NCBI GenBank assembly: GCA_013239625.1
Contig: MU054212.1
Span: 4,746,270-4,810,269 of the forward strand
DNA from: Lama guanicoe
Taxonomy: Eukaryota
DNA: 64,000 bases
Reading direction: 5' to 3'
Below, piece by piece: positions 12,330-25,671 of the stretch (position 1 is the first letter of the stretch; each line of letters opens with the position of its first letter). The notes below the pieces were generated by a model, which was not told the DNA's origin, made no database searches, and worked only from the letters and a program-made list of their open reading frames with translations. A program made the position numbers and the translations under genes.

Positions 12330-13898
12330 TGAGGAAGCAACTAAGATAAATTAAATAGGTGAATGAATAGATACATTTGATGAATCCATATAATGGAATA
12401 CTATTTATGATTAAAAAATGAATCATCAAGGTATGCAAAGATATAGATGAATTTAAATACATATTGATAAGTGAAGAAGCCTACCTGAAAAGCCAACACA
12501 TTCTAATATTCCATTTATATGATATTCTGGAAAAGGTAAAATTATAGGGTTGGTAAAAATCAGCGGTTGCAGAGATTCAGAAGGATTAAATAGGTGAAGA
12601 GCAGTAGATATTTTATGTTAGTAGAAATCTTTGTGATATTGTAATGGTAGACACATGACACCATGCAGTTCTCAAAATCCATGTAACTTCACATGGTAAA
12701 GAATGAACCTTAACACATACAACTTAAAAAAAAAAGTCATTTAGTAGGTCAAGGTTCCCAGGATGGCATGCATACTGTGAAAAAGCAATCTAATTGTATT
12801 GCAAATGTACAAAACTCCTCACTGGAGAAGTGAAGTTGGTACGGTAGAAGTCAAGAGAATCTGTAAAACTAAAGGCAAAAGAAGTTATACACAAGCACTG
12901 TACTCTAGTTGATAAAGTCTTTCCACAGAGGCAGAGGTTAACAACTATGCTGCCATACATGTATCTTGGTGTTGAACAACTGAGCAAGTGGATCGTGGAT
13001 GATATGAGTCAGATTTTCTTATTGTTGGAGTGGTAATTTACAGACAAGCAAGGGGAAGAGGCTAGAATTATTCCTGTGGTAACTGATTAGGATTGAAGAC
13101 ATCTGTTAGAACTCATGCTGAACTTAGTAAGTATAGAGATGGGACATATATAAATATTTTATAGATATGTGTACATACATGGATTAACATATATGCATAT
13201 ATTCCTTTGCTCTGTCCACTGACATGGCCTAGAAGCATTGATACTCCAGTAGAAAAAACATTCCTAGCACCCCGATCTTGATTTCTAATACCATTCTCCA
13301 ATAAAAGGAACCAGGGAAACTTGGATAGACAGCTAGTTCTAGGACCAGCACAGGAAATACACAAAGAAACTATGGAGTATCTCTTAATGACAGAAAGTAA
13401 GGAAGTATACTCAAAATACAATAGTGAGTTATGCCAGAAGGAGACAGGAGACAACAGAAAGAGCTCTGGTGGCCAAAACTGGGCAATTTAAGCAATAAAA
13501 TTAATGAAATAGTACTAGATTACAAATCAAAGCATAAAATAAATGTCAATGGGTCTGCACTAATTTAAATAAACAATTTAATATATAAATGGAAAATAAG
13601 AGACAATTTTCTGTGCAGAAGAATGGCAAATGATTTATATTAATACTCTGCCATCATCAGGGAGGAAAATTAGCCCCTACTCCTTGTGCATGGGCCTACA
13701 TATAGTGACTTCCTTCCAAAAAGCACGGTATGGAAAGGAAGAAAAATGACTAGCTTCAGAGTGGGGAAATCTGGCAAACATTAATTCATCCAGGCGATCA
13801 AGGCCAACGTAAACATTGATAAGTTATGTTGACAAGATGTACCCTTAATGCGAGTGGGGAGAATAGCACTTTACCTCTGAGTTACTCTCCTCCTTTAC

Positions 13899-13936
<38 letters not shown>

Positions 13937-14292
13937 CACACACGCACAATCCCTGTGTAATCATAACTAAAACATCAGATACATTGTGACTGAGGGATAG
14001 TCTATAAAATACCTGATCAGTACTCTTCAAAACTGACAGGGTCATTAAAAAACAAGGGAAGTCTGAGCGACTGTCACAGTCAAGAGCAGCCTAATGAGAC
14101 TAAACATAATACGGTCTCCTGAAAGAGAAACAGGGCATCATAAAATTAAAAAAAAAAAAAGGAAATCTAAATAAAGTGTAGATTTTAGTTAATTACAGTG
14201 TGTCAATACTGGTTCACTGACGGTGACAAACACACCATGGTAAAGTAGTATTTTAATAACAGGAGAGGGCTGAGTGTAGGATAAATGGGGAC
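12330..14292 (+). mobile_element. L1MC/L1MD-family 3' region, about 2 kb
   Basis: 'ccatttatatgatattctggaaaaggtaaa', 'tctaataccattctccaataaaaggaaccaggg', 'cagtactcttcaaaactgacagggtcattaaaaaacaagggaagtctgag'. Confidence 0.88.
13902..13948. repeat. (CA)n microsatellite inside the L1
   Basis: Run of CA dinucleotides with a degenerate tail. Confidence 0.95.
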
Positions 14293-14379
14293 TTGCTATT
14301 TTTAAGTTATTTAAATATTTAAGGCATTTTTCTAAACTAAGGGGGATTTATTGAATATAGAAAAAGTATATGGGTTTTG

Positions 14380-14860
14380 GACATAGGAATTAAAGACGAG
14401 CAGGATTTGTTGGTATATACAACATGGAGATTCGAGGAAATACAACTTGGGTTTTTGACTCTGGGCCAAAAAGATGAATTGAATTGTCTTGCCAGAGTCA
14501 ATGTGTGACTAGGATATCTAAATGGAGATGTTAAATAGTTTCTACTGGCGATATGAATTTGAAATTCCTAGACAACAAATTATGTAGAGAGTTTAGGAGT
14601 AAGCCTTAGTAAATTCTACAGTTTAGTGCCTGGATTGATCATTCCAAGAAACCTGAGAAGGAGAGAGAAGAGTGGACAACCGAAAACCAAAATGGCTAAC
14701 AGTCCCAGAAGAAAATATAAAAGAATGTCATAAAGAGGAACTAGTTAATAGCAACTGCTATTAAGAATTCAAGTAAAAGCTGAAAAAACAGTATGTTCAT
14801 TGGATGAAGCAACAAGATGCTGACAAGAGTCATTTTGGCAGAATAATGGCTGAGTGGTGG
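14380..14860 (-). mobile_element. L2 fragment
   Basis: Degenerate reverse L2 motifs 'aatggagatgttaaatag', 'cattggatgaagcaacaagatg...tgacaagagtcatttt'. Confidence 0.5.
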
Positions 14861-15309
14861 GGATGTCAACCAGATAGGCTAATGGTGAGACTGGTTCAGC
14901 TCAGACCTCACTTGGAGGTCCCAAATACCCTTCACCTGTCATTTTTACATATGCAATTGCACTGAAAGACAGCAATAAAACCTGAGTTGAGGTTGACAGG
15001 ATTAGAGGAAGAACTTAGCTGAAGTTTACTGAGAACTCTTTGTATAAAAATGTCAAGAGATAGTTTATCTCCTGGCATTACATTTGCATCCATGGCTTCA
15101 ACTGTTATCTATATTTCAGTGACTCAAGCTGACAATTTTCATAGTCCATCTATTCTCTTAAGCTTTGAACTACCTACATGTGTCCTACTGATAAGTCTTA
15201 CTTAACATGTCTAAACAACGTTACAATTATAACTACATTTGTACTATTTATTACTTTCTTATGATATGGAAAACAATGAGATGACATTAAGCATAAATTA
15301 TTTTTAAGT

Positions 15310-15455
15310 TTTATGAGTACTCAATAGTGAAAGCATTTCCATTTTACAAATGAGAAGAGTGAAGTGTGGATAGACTAACAAATCTGTCTGACACCTCAGC
15401 GCTACGTAAGTGTTTGAAACAGGAGTCACATATGTTTACTTCCAAAATGCTCACT
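15310..15455 (-). mobile_element. MIR SINE fragment
   Basis: Reverse core 'ccattttacaaatgagaagagtgaag'. Confidence 0.65.
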
Positions 15456-16204
15456 ATTTTGATGGTGTCATATTACATTCTAAACAGAAGATATTGTTTT
15501 ATTATTACCAGACTTTTAGTTCCTCCTCCATTCCATATTTCAGTTCATAGGATCTTCCCCAATCTAATCAGTTAAGTCTGAAAACTGGCCAAGATCATTC
15601 TCTCTTCTTTACATTCAAAATCAATCGCTGAAAAAAATATCACCTATTCTCTCACATATATGCCTGTTCTACATTTTCCCTACCACCCCGTGCCAATGCA
15701 AATTTGAGGTTATAGTTTCTTTTTCTTGAATTATATCAGTAGCCTCCCTCTTGGTCTTTCTGTCTTTAATCTCTTCCACATACCCAATGCATTCTTCATA
15801 GAAATAAATACAATCTCTGTATGTGGGTCTCCTGGTGTTTCCAAGTGAAATTTCTCCATTGTGCTCAAGAATAATTGAAATCTCATAGCCTGACACAGAG
15901 GCTTTCTATCATCTGGCCCCAGTGTAATTTTCTAGCATTATATTTTACCATATACATCCAAGCACATTTTCTTTAGCCATCAGGAATTATTTTAAATCCC
16001 ATGAACATGCTGTGGATTCCCATATGCCTAGAACATTGCTAATTCTTTTGCCTTGGCCTGAAATACCTTTTTTCCCCACTTCTTATTTGTCTGCCTCCAT
16101 AACTTTTATTTTTCTTTAAAAATGCAACTTAAGGATTATCTCTTCTTAGAATTTATTTTTCCTCTGCTACTGCTGTGCTGCATTGGCTGTGACAGCTGCA
16201 AAGA

Positions 16205-16390
16205 CTGTCCCTGTTTTTGATCACCTTGACAGCTTTGAGGAGAGTTGGTCAGGTATTTTTGAGAATATCCCTCACTTGGGGTTCATCTGATGTTTTAATC
16301 ATGATTGTGTAGGTGTTATATTTTTATTTGGGGTGGGGAGTAGGAAGACCACAAAGGCTAAGTTTCATTCTCATCACGTCACATCTAAAG
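16205..16390 (-). mobile_element. L1MC 3'UTR fragment
   Basis: 'tgtttttgatcaccttgacagctttgaggagagttggtcaggtatttttgagaatatccctca' is the reverse-complement homolog of ~13980-14055. Confidence 0.8.
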
Positions 16391-17323
16391 TTACATTCTC
16401 ATTTTCTGCGGTACGTTTCGAGTCTGCTCATATGATTTGAATTTTTTAGTTAATATTACATTTTACACCATCTTCCTCTTTTGATTATGAATTCTGAGGA
16501 CATGTTCCTTTGACATATAGTAGCTGCTCCACTAATTTTTGTTTTCCTTAAATTAAAATTAGAGTGGGAATTTTAGAAAATGCCCCAGATATTATAAGAA
16601 ACTTAAAGTTAAATAATATATAAATTGTTAAAAACAAATAATCAGCAGTGAATGTGTTTCCCATCAAAGTACGTTTAATATGAATTTAATTATCCAAGGG
16701 AAAGAAAACATATGAACAACAATGATGGTAAAATGCTCATTATCAGTAAGAAAATGGTAAAGACAATTCCATCGGTCATGCCATCTAGTAGTGGCAAATA
16801 AAAGCGTGAAGAGTCTTACTGTTGTAATGAATGCTGAAAGAATTACTATAATCTAAGTCATTTTGGTGACACACAAAAAAGCTTGTATTTGTGTATTAAT
16901 ATGTGTTTCAAACTGATGACCTAATGATCTTTTGGTGTTTAAAAAATACATTTATTCTAAAAATACTTCTATTTGAGTCTAAAGTGAACTAATTATCCAG
17001 TTGAAATCCAGTTTAAAACCCATCATTAGATAGTGAAGTTGGGGAAAGATGACAAAGGGATAGGAAACTGGAAATTAGAAGGTAGAAAGGAAAGATAAAC
17101 AGTAGCTAAAATAGAGAGGGAGAATAGAATCCACTTAAGAGAAAACTCAAACTTTCACTAAAATAAGAGTTGCTAAAATAAACTGTTTATTCATTACGGA
17201 AAGTAGGAAGAGTAAGCATCATGAAGCTTCTGAGTAGATTAATTTTCATTTTAATTTCAGGTCAGAAGGTTTCTCGGGGCTTATGCACTACAAAGAAAGG
17301 CTCTTGTGTTGACAGGGGTTAGA

Positions 17324-17737
17324 AACCTACCGAACATCACAGCTTAGCCCTGTCTGCTTTAAGCGTGCTCACAGGACTCACATTAGCCTACAGTTGAACA
17401 AAATCAACTAGCACAAAACCTATTTTACAATAAAGTGTTGACTATCTCTTGTAATTTATTGAAAACTGTAATGAAAGTAAAAAAACAAAACAAAACAAAA
17501 CAGAATGGGTACAGAATGGCTGGAAGTGTATCATCGGTCACCCTGCAATCTCATGGCCAGCTGGGAGCTGCTGTTCCTGCCTAGCGTCACCAGGGGGTAT
17601 CTTTTCCCTAGCCTGGGGAAAAAAGAAATCAAAATTCAAAATTCAGAACAATTTCTACTGAATTTGTATTGCTTTTGTACCATAGTGATGTTCAAAAATT
17701 GTGAGCAAAACCCATCGTTAAGTCGTGGACTCTCTCT
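17324..17737 (+). mobile_element. MER47-family (TcMar-Tigger) DNA transposon, left end missing
   Basis: 'aacctaccgaacatcacagcttagcc...cattagcctacagttg...tattttacaataaagtgttg...tttctactgaat...ccatcgttaagtcgtggac'. Confidence 0.88.
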
Positions 17738-19124
17738 AACTGTTTGTTAATATGGTAATTTCTTACCCATAATAATAGCCGCCTGCTTCACTGAAGATGT
17801 GCAACCCTTGCCACACAAAAGGTTATATATAGGACAGCAGTGTGGAGATTTGTCTTCGGTGACTGTAAGAGAAAAAGCTTCTAAATCCTAACAAAAGTTA
17901 GCTGCAATTGTAGATGTTAGGTAAGTGTCACAGTCTTGCTGTAGGGGGAAAAAATACAGACTAGAAAAATAATCTTTTGCCCTCATCCTCTGAGTGCCTG
18001 CCATGTGGTAGTGGTCTGAAGGTCCAGTGCCTTCCTTAAGTATGTGAATATTCCTTATTGCTTGCTTACTTTCCAGTTTCTGTAATGCTTTCCTTCATGC
18101 ACCTTCTCCTATTTTTCCCTAATCTTAAAGGTTACAAGGTCATTTGATGACAAGCACCCAAAATATCAAGTGTTGCCTTAAAACATTTGTTGTGGGATAA
18201 ACTTTATAAACTTAAAAAGATTTGCTAATTCAGGAAACACACATACACATGCACACAAACAAGTCTTTTTAGCTACAACAATTCTGATGATAGGACAATC
18301 AATTGCTTTCATGGCGCTATAGCATAGATCAAAATGTATCTTGAAGAAATTTTAAACAGAATAATCCTGCAAGAGTAAAACTAGAAAATACTGTCATCTG
18401 TGCAACAGAAATTTCATTTAAGTAGATACTGAATTTATAATTATTTCTTTATATTCCTTGGTGTTAGTCACAATTTCCTTTTTAAGTGAGGTATTTAAGT
18501 AGCATATTTGTTAAATTATGGGCTAGACAAGTGTCCTATGATAAGAATGAATTTTTTTGATGTTTTATCATCGATTGTTATTTGATTTTACTGAAAAAAC
18601 TTAATGGTAAAGAGAACTTCTACGTAATTGTAAAACAACTGTTATTCAAGTTTAAACTAGGTTTCCTATCAGTGATCTTTCCCATCAGATGAGGTAATAA
18701 TAATACTATTGATCAAAGGAGTAATAAAGAAATTTAATATACGGAAATGTCTGCATTATTTTACTATAAAAAAACAAGAAAAAACTTTGGAGAATAAATG
18801 AATTTCTTCACATAGGACTAAAGGTATATTATCCATGTAAAAATAAGTTATTTATTGAATACTGATATAAAAGCAGTGAGAAGAGCTTAGGGAATGTGTG
18901 TGGAGATATGAAAAGGTTGATGGTAATCAGTCAAATGTCTTAAAGGACAGGATTGAAACAGTAAAAATGCATGTTTTGAGGATTTATTATCATATATATT
19001 TATATGTTTTAAATATATACTCACATAAACATAGGTTTTAAATATTTATATTTATATATTTATATAAAGATACATACATACAAATGTAATATAAATAAAT
19101 AAATCCCAGGCAGTACTGATCCGG

Positions 19125-19305
19125 AGCCTGATGGCTCTGGAACCCGGCGTTACATTAGAATTATCTGGAGAGCCCTGAATAAATACTGATTCCTGGAACG
19201 TACCCTTAAATAATCTGATTCAGTTGTTATGGGTGGAGTTCATACACTGATTTATTGTAAAAGTTCCATTTGCTGATTCTGATGAGAAAGTGGTATGAGA
19301 AACAA
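19125..19305. mobile_element. MER5-family hAT-Charlie element
   Basis: 'cattagaattatctggagag...aaatactgattcctgg...tctgattcagttg...tgattctgatg...tgagaaac'. Confidence 0.75.
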
Positions 19306-19340
19306 GATTCTTGAATAACTTGGAATAATCTATTATATAT

Positions 19341-19382
19341 ATGTGTGAGAGTGTGTGAGTGTATGTGTGTGTTTGTGTGTGT
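19341..19382. repeat. Imperfect (TG)n microsatellite
   Basis: atgtgtgagagtgtgtgagtgtatgtgtgtgtttgtgtgtgt. Confidence 0.8.
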
Positions 19383-22029
19383 TAATTTGCAGCTGTTTTT
19401 TTCTGCTTTTTGGTTTGGGCTGGTAAGCTATTTAAATAAATCCAGTGGTGACAGCTGTCCAGCAATTAGGAATCTCCATCTTATAAAATAATCTTACTAG
19501 AAAATGATCTTGTTTTTTGTCTCCTTATAATCAGCTGTTAAAATTTCCATAATTCATTCCATGCTATGCAGTTTTTAAATTGGCAGATGATTATGTAAAG
19601 GAACTATAAGAGAGAAGGCGAACCATACTTGAAAGGAGATATTTTACCCCCTAGAAAACCAGACTTCAATTAAGTAAATAAAGCCTGCTTCCACTATTCA
19701 GTAAATTATCTTTTATATAAGTTCTGTTTCTTAAACCAATGCTGAGATCAGAATATGCATAAAATATTCTTTACTCTGTAGTATTTTGCCAAATGAACAT
19801 GTACACTCTTTGCTTTTTGGAATGTATAAGTTGAGAAAAATTCAAAAATGAATGTATTTTCTCCAAATTAGAACACACATAACTCCTTTTATGCTTATAA
19901 AATGTTTTGTTGTTCAAACTTCTCAAGATCTGTGAAGTGGATTTAAACCTAAGAAACAAATGTTTAATGATAATAATGCTTCTAAGTAAAATTTAACCAA
20001 ATAAATCACCAAAAATCGATAACAAGGATATTTACTGAATACTGATTTGCATAAAAGCCTTTACATGGCATGAAAAGAATGGGCATCTGAATAGTAATGT
20101 ATGCTATTTTACTAGATGCTTTGTAGTTATTTTATTTTGACTACTACTCAGGGATTGATCATTCTCCACCACGGTTTTCAGGAAAGGTGGCTTAGTGAAC
20201 AGTGAAGAACCCATAAATGACCAAAGATTGAGACTTGTCCTCAAACATGTGAGTGGGCAAGTGTCTGGTAACGAAAGGATTGTACCCTAATGTAGCACAA
20301 AGTGCTTTCATAATATTCATATATTAGGCAGTTGCCACAATCACAGTAAAGCTTAATATCAAATTTAAAAGACATAGTTAATAAGTAACAAATTTCTGGA
20401 TGCCAATACCTATGGATCAAACAAACAATTATTCTACTTTATTTTCTACAGAGATGGGCATTACATGATATTCAGATTTTACCACACTGATTTTAGCCTT
20501 ATACTTAAAGTTTAATTACTTTTTCATATGCCTGAACATAATTAGATGCCTCATATTTATGATAAGAGGGATCGGATGGTTTCTCCCACAACCAGGTATA
20601 CAGCTTCAAAGAGAGATGCATTCTGTGCCTCTTTATAAGGTTTTTTTGTGGACAGTGTGATTGACAATGATCATGTCATTCATAATTTCGTGACCTCATT
20701 TCAGTAACATTAAACATCAAGCTGGTATAATTTCTTGTATAACCTTTGCAAGCATTCCATATTTCATGTATCACATTAGTACAGAAGCTTGTTTTTGATA
20801 AACATACACACAAATTTCGTAAGGACTTACTGAAAAGCAGTAACTACTACTTTGTAACAGTACTTGACAATTATAATCTTTTACCCTTGTTTTTTCCCAA
20901 GAGTAAAGAAGAAATTTAGCACTAAACTGCTTGAGCTTTAAAATGACTAAGGTTCTCCTGCAATGACTATTAAAATAAATAGGTAAAAACTTTAAAATGA
21001 AAAATAACTAACAAAAATCTTCCTCGACACAACTCAAGCAAAGGAAAAAAAAATCTTGATCCACAAAAAGAACTTCACAAAGCCATAGTTTGCCTGAAAG
21101 TAGTGATTCAAATGTTGTTCCACCAGATGTGGTGGGTGATACAGACGGGTCTAGGCATACACAGGGTTGTGTGTGATTCTGTGAATTCCTGCCTTAATGC
21201 CATCCATTTCTAATCCATTCAAGTGAGCAAATCCAAATGTGCATGACTGTGAAATAAAGTCCACTGCATTTTTAAAAAGTGTATCAGGCCCACGTTTTGG
21301 TTTAAAATCAGTAATAAGTTACTTGTGAATAGTACAAAGCTAAATTTAGTACCACACATGCCATGAAACTGTGAGGCAAAGGCTCACTCTCAGAGACATT
21401 ATGAGCTATTCTGTTCTCATCTTCCCTCTCGATGTGGTGCTTGGAAATAAACCCCGGGAGCTGGGAGATGTTCTAAGACCTAGAACGGTCTTACAGAGAG
21501 ACAGACTCAGAAGCATCATCATTAGTGGCAGTTAACATCTAAAACCAGGAGCTGCTGATCGTGAGGACTGCCTTGCCAAGGGGGACTTTTGAAGATACTG
21601 CTCTACAAGCTGTTAATATATTTTATGGGCACCTCTCCAAAGGGACTGACACCAGAATTTTGCCATTGGGAAGAACAGAGGGAGTAGGGATGAAAAGAGA
21701 ATTTCAGTCTATGTATCAGTTCTGATCCATTAATAGTATTCCCAGAAATGCCATACTGAAATTGTATATAGGCTTACTGGGAAATGAGTACACACACCTA
21801 GGTCAGGGGAAAATATGAAATGTCCAAATCCCAGAAAAGTCTTTTTTACAGCTAAACATAATTAGTAGGATAACATTAAATATTTGAGTTCCAAAAATAA
21901 ATAAATTGGTGACTGCTTACATACAGGTTTTAATGAATGAGTTTTACATTTTATGTTTTTGATGAATGAATTTCTGCTGGACAATCCAGTGAGCTCAAAA
22001 ACACAGTTACTGGAACACGACTACCACAA

Positions 22030-22380
22030 GCCACAGAAAACCTTCAACAAGTCGTTTATCCTCTTTGTGTCTTAATGTTCTCATCTGTAAAATGAGGCTT
22101 CAAATCACTCTAACAGACCTGTTGTTACGAGGTGGAAAAAAATCACTGGACTGAGAATCAGATAATTTTGTGTTAGTTCTTGTTCTACAAACAAGTAGCT
22201 GAAGAGTTCAGACAACACATTTGATGTATCTCTGGCTTAGATCAATATCCTCCTTTTCCTCCTCCACCACTTCCTCCTCCTCCTCATCTAGGACTTTCTG
22301 GACACTTACTATGTGCCCAGACACTGTTTAAAGTATTTTAAATGCATTGACTTATTTTTACCTCCATAGCAGACCTAAAA
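22030..22380. mobile_element. Cluster of MIR fragments in both orientations
   Basis: 'tctcatctgtaaaatgagg' (+), 'tggactgagaatcaga' (+), 'cacttactatgtgcccagacactgtt' (-). Confidence 0.65.
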
Positions 22381-25300
22381 AGTATATAAATACAAAATGA
22401 AGTATTTTCAAACTATAAATATTTATAGTTCTGTGATCCTGACTTGATTATATCCAAATGGAACAAGTATTCCCTTACAGAGACAAATCAAGCAATCAAA
22501 GTAAAATACAGAGAGGGAAAAAAACAAGATTATAATTATATGCTACCAAAATAGTCATCCAGTGAAATATAAAATCATTTGGACTTTGTCATTCCTAGGT
22601 AAACATCAAAGTCTACTTTGCTAATTTGTTTTCTATGATATATTGTCCATTGTTCTAAACTTCTCTTAATTTTTAATATAGAAACAATATTGAATCTCTA
22701 TTAGACTTTCAAATTCATTTCTTACTATCACCTTTAAATTTCTAATACATTTGTTGGCATAGAATTGATAGGATCCCAGATACTATCATACGATAGTACG
22801 AGAAGCAGAGGGTTATATATATGGGTTTACAAAAATTAAATAGGTTGCCATATGTTAGAAAAGGACATATAAGTTTTAGGAAAGAAAAACAAACTCATTG
22901 GTGTCTAATTAATCGTTCTTCAAAATCTGACAAGAAAACAACATTACATGGTTCATTTGAAACACCAAACAGATAAACAAAGAAAACATATCCTAAAGGT
23001 AGATTTCTAATGACCAATAAATCAGAGTTAGATAATTAACTCCTCTCTTTTCTAAAGGATTCTTTCAAGGTGATTGTCCTAAAATCTCACCATTTCTGAA
23101 ATGAGAAGTGTTTTTGTACATTTATCTGTCTCTACACAATTTATTGACATATATGATAGGAATTGAAAATCATCACAGTTATAAGTTAATGTTAGCTTTA
23201 GGTACAATTGAAAAAATTAAAAGGAATAGAGCTTAAATGAAACAATATTTACATATGTAAAATATAAGTAATATAATGATGAATTATATTAAAAAGATTA
23301 AATTAGAGACAGCTGAATCAAATCTTTAGTACATTTTATTTCTTAGAGAAAAAAACAAAAGAAAGTGTTTGACCTGAAGCTAGAATGAAAGGGAAGAAAA
23401 TAACTGGGAGTCTGTTCTATTTTCAAATGCAGTTAACACCATCCACTAAGCTCTCTCCAGTCCTGAGACTGGAGGGAAGGAGTGGAGATAATAGTGGGTG
23501 AGGGGCTGTGAACACCTGCCATATTCATTGTACACTCCAGCCTGAGTGTTGAGCCTGTAACTTTTAAAATGACGAATAAAAATAGTTGTTGAGACAGAAA
23601 AATGCGCCATGTCCAAAAAAAGAATTGATGATGTATGTTTATCTACAAAACAGAACCACTTGTCAATTTTTATTCACGTCAACTCAACTTATATGTAAAT
23701 TACCTTTAATACAAGTTTAGTACATTTTAATGGATTTAAAACTATATCAAATAGGAACAACAAAATTAAGGGTTTTTAAGAGATCTATAAAAGGCTTACT
23801 ATTACTTTGACCACATATACCAATGAGAAAGAGCCCTGTGAGACTGTGGAAACTCTAAGGACATTTTTTCTGCACTGGTTGGGTTGGCAAATAACTGATA
23901 GCAAAGAGACCCCTTACAGAGCTTACTGGTAGAAATTATCTTTGGAGCTGCAGCATCTTGGGATGGCTTACTTCAAACTTTAATTCCCTTAATTGGATTT
24001 TGCTGTGAAGTGAGGCCAACCTACCCAGTGCTCTACACTCTTGGAACCCTGCCTTGACAGATGGTGTTAGTAATTACTACAATCACGACACCCCAACTTA
24101 TACCTTTCACTTAAAAGTCACTTCTATTTATTAAAGCTATACCAGAAAGAGGAGCACTGGGGCTACTATTTTAAAGAAAATACTTTTTTCCCCCCACAAA
24201 ACACATATATAAAAATTAAACACTTAGGAAAATTAATGAAGTTATTATTGATGCACTACATAAATAATATCTTGAAAACTTTGTAAAATACAAAGCAAGT
24301 TAAGATAACATAAAATTTATGCTTCAATATAAAACAAGTATGTATATAAAATCCCTCATTATTCCAAAGAAAACTATTGAATAATAATTTAGCCAATAAA
24401 ACTGTCAGATTAGAAAAATTGATGAGTAAAAAATCTATTTGCAGTAGTTAATACAATCAAAATACAAATACATGTTTAAAATCACAAATACATGCATGTT
24501 CATATATGTGTCTACATGTGTATGTGGAAATCTTTCTTATTCTATCAAATTCATATAATAATTTAATTTGCACTTTTGTGTTCATCATCAGTTGTGTTTT
24601 GACTCTAATCCAGTATCTAGAGCACGTTAGTCACCTTTATTTCCATCTAAAATCTTTGAGCTCTTGTATTTTTAGAATCCATATACGATACTATCATTGA
24701 AAATTTGATCCCAAGCTACTATTTTCCATTCTTATAATATAATGTATACTAAATATATTTATTAGTATTGTCCTGATTGCCAATGTAAAGTTTCTTAAGC
24801 AGAGCAGATCACTATGATTTACATATATTAGTAAATATACCATACTCCATTTACTAGTAATAAGAAAGTAGAAATTGTAATGGAAGAATACACATTTCCA
24901 CTAACATAGTAATACACCTTTGAGTGAATAAAATACATAATTTGTTACATATATTGGACTATATGCCAAAGGTTATAACTGACATGTAATAATGGAAAGC
25001 TATACTCAGCAGCTAAAGGGGTGATCTTAATTTTACACGAATTTCCACATGTAATAAAATTCCAGGCAAGTGAAATCATAAATATTTTGCTTCAGAAAAG
25101 TATCTAGTTTGTAATAACTAATCGTAATTATAATATTATTATTAAATATTATAATAATATTAAATGCACAAAAGAGATTAGAGTTGTGCTTTTAATGCAG
25201 TCCTATGCATTGTCTGGAAGAATCTCTGAAAATTAAATGTAGGAGGCATCTTTGAATGCTGTTGATTATCTAGGCTATTTCACACATATTTGTAGAGACA

Positions 25301-25671
25301 GACTTAAGCTGTAGAAAACTGTTTCCTGTCAATAATAATAGAAACAATTCTTTTCCATACAAATGCACATGGTGTTATTTCATAAAGATACATTTGATTT
25401 TCCACTGTTGGAAAAGTTGACACCAATCATTATCTTTTAATGTATTATTTGATATTAACCAGTTGTTCATTCAAAATCAAATTCATATCAACATTCCTGA
25501 TTGTGTGTGTGTATGAGTGCTCTTTTTTCTGGTATCATTTGCTTGGCTGTAACAACTTACTGATTGCTTCATTAAATGAGTCAAATCAAATATTTGACAT
25601 GTGTGTAAATTATAGTTACACGAGGGTCATGATTTCATTTGTTTGAAATTATAATTAAGCAGTCTTGGATG

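Larger units (their letters stand above)
15060..16550 (+). mobile_element. L2 element in pieces, interrupted by a MIR and an L1MC fragment
   Basis: 'ccatggcttcaactgttatctat', 'cttacttaacatgtctaaac', 'ggctttctatcatctggcccc', and a 3' part 'tgacatatagtagctgctcc'. Confidence 0.65.

Noticed and set aside
21085..21160. Minus-strand frame 'DPSVSPTTSGGTTFESLLSG' as a small coding exon
   Set aside because: Weak polypyrimidine tract, no canonical donor (gcaaac), and the peptide is not recognised.
21470..21493. Overlapping mini-hairpins (gttcta/tagaac and taagacc/ggtctta)
   Set aside because: Stems of 6-7 bp are expected by chance in 64 kb.
25125..25165. AT-only palindrome (aatattattat...ataataatatt)
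   Set aside because: Low-complexity sequence, expected by chance in this composition.
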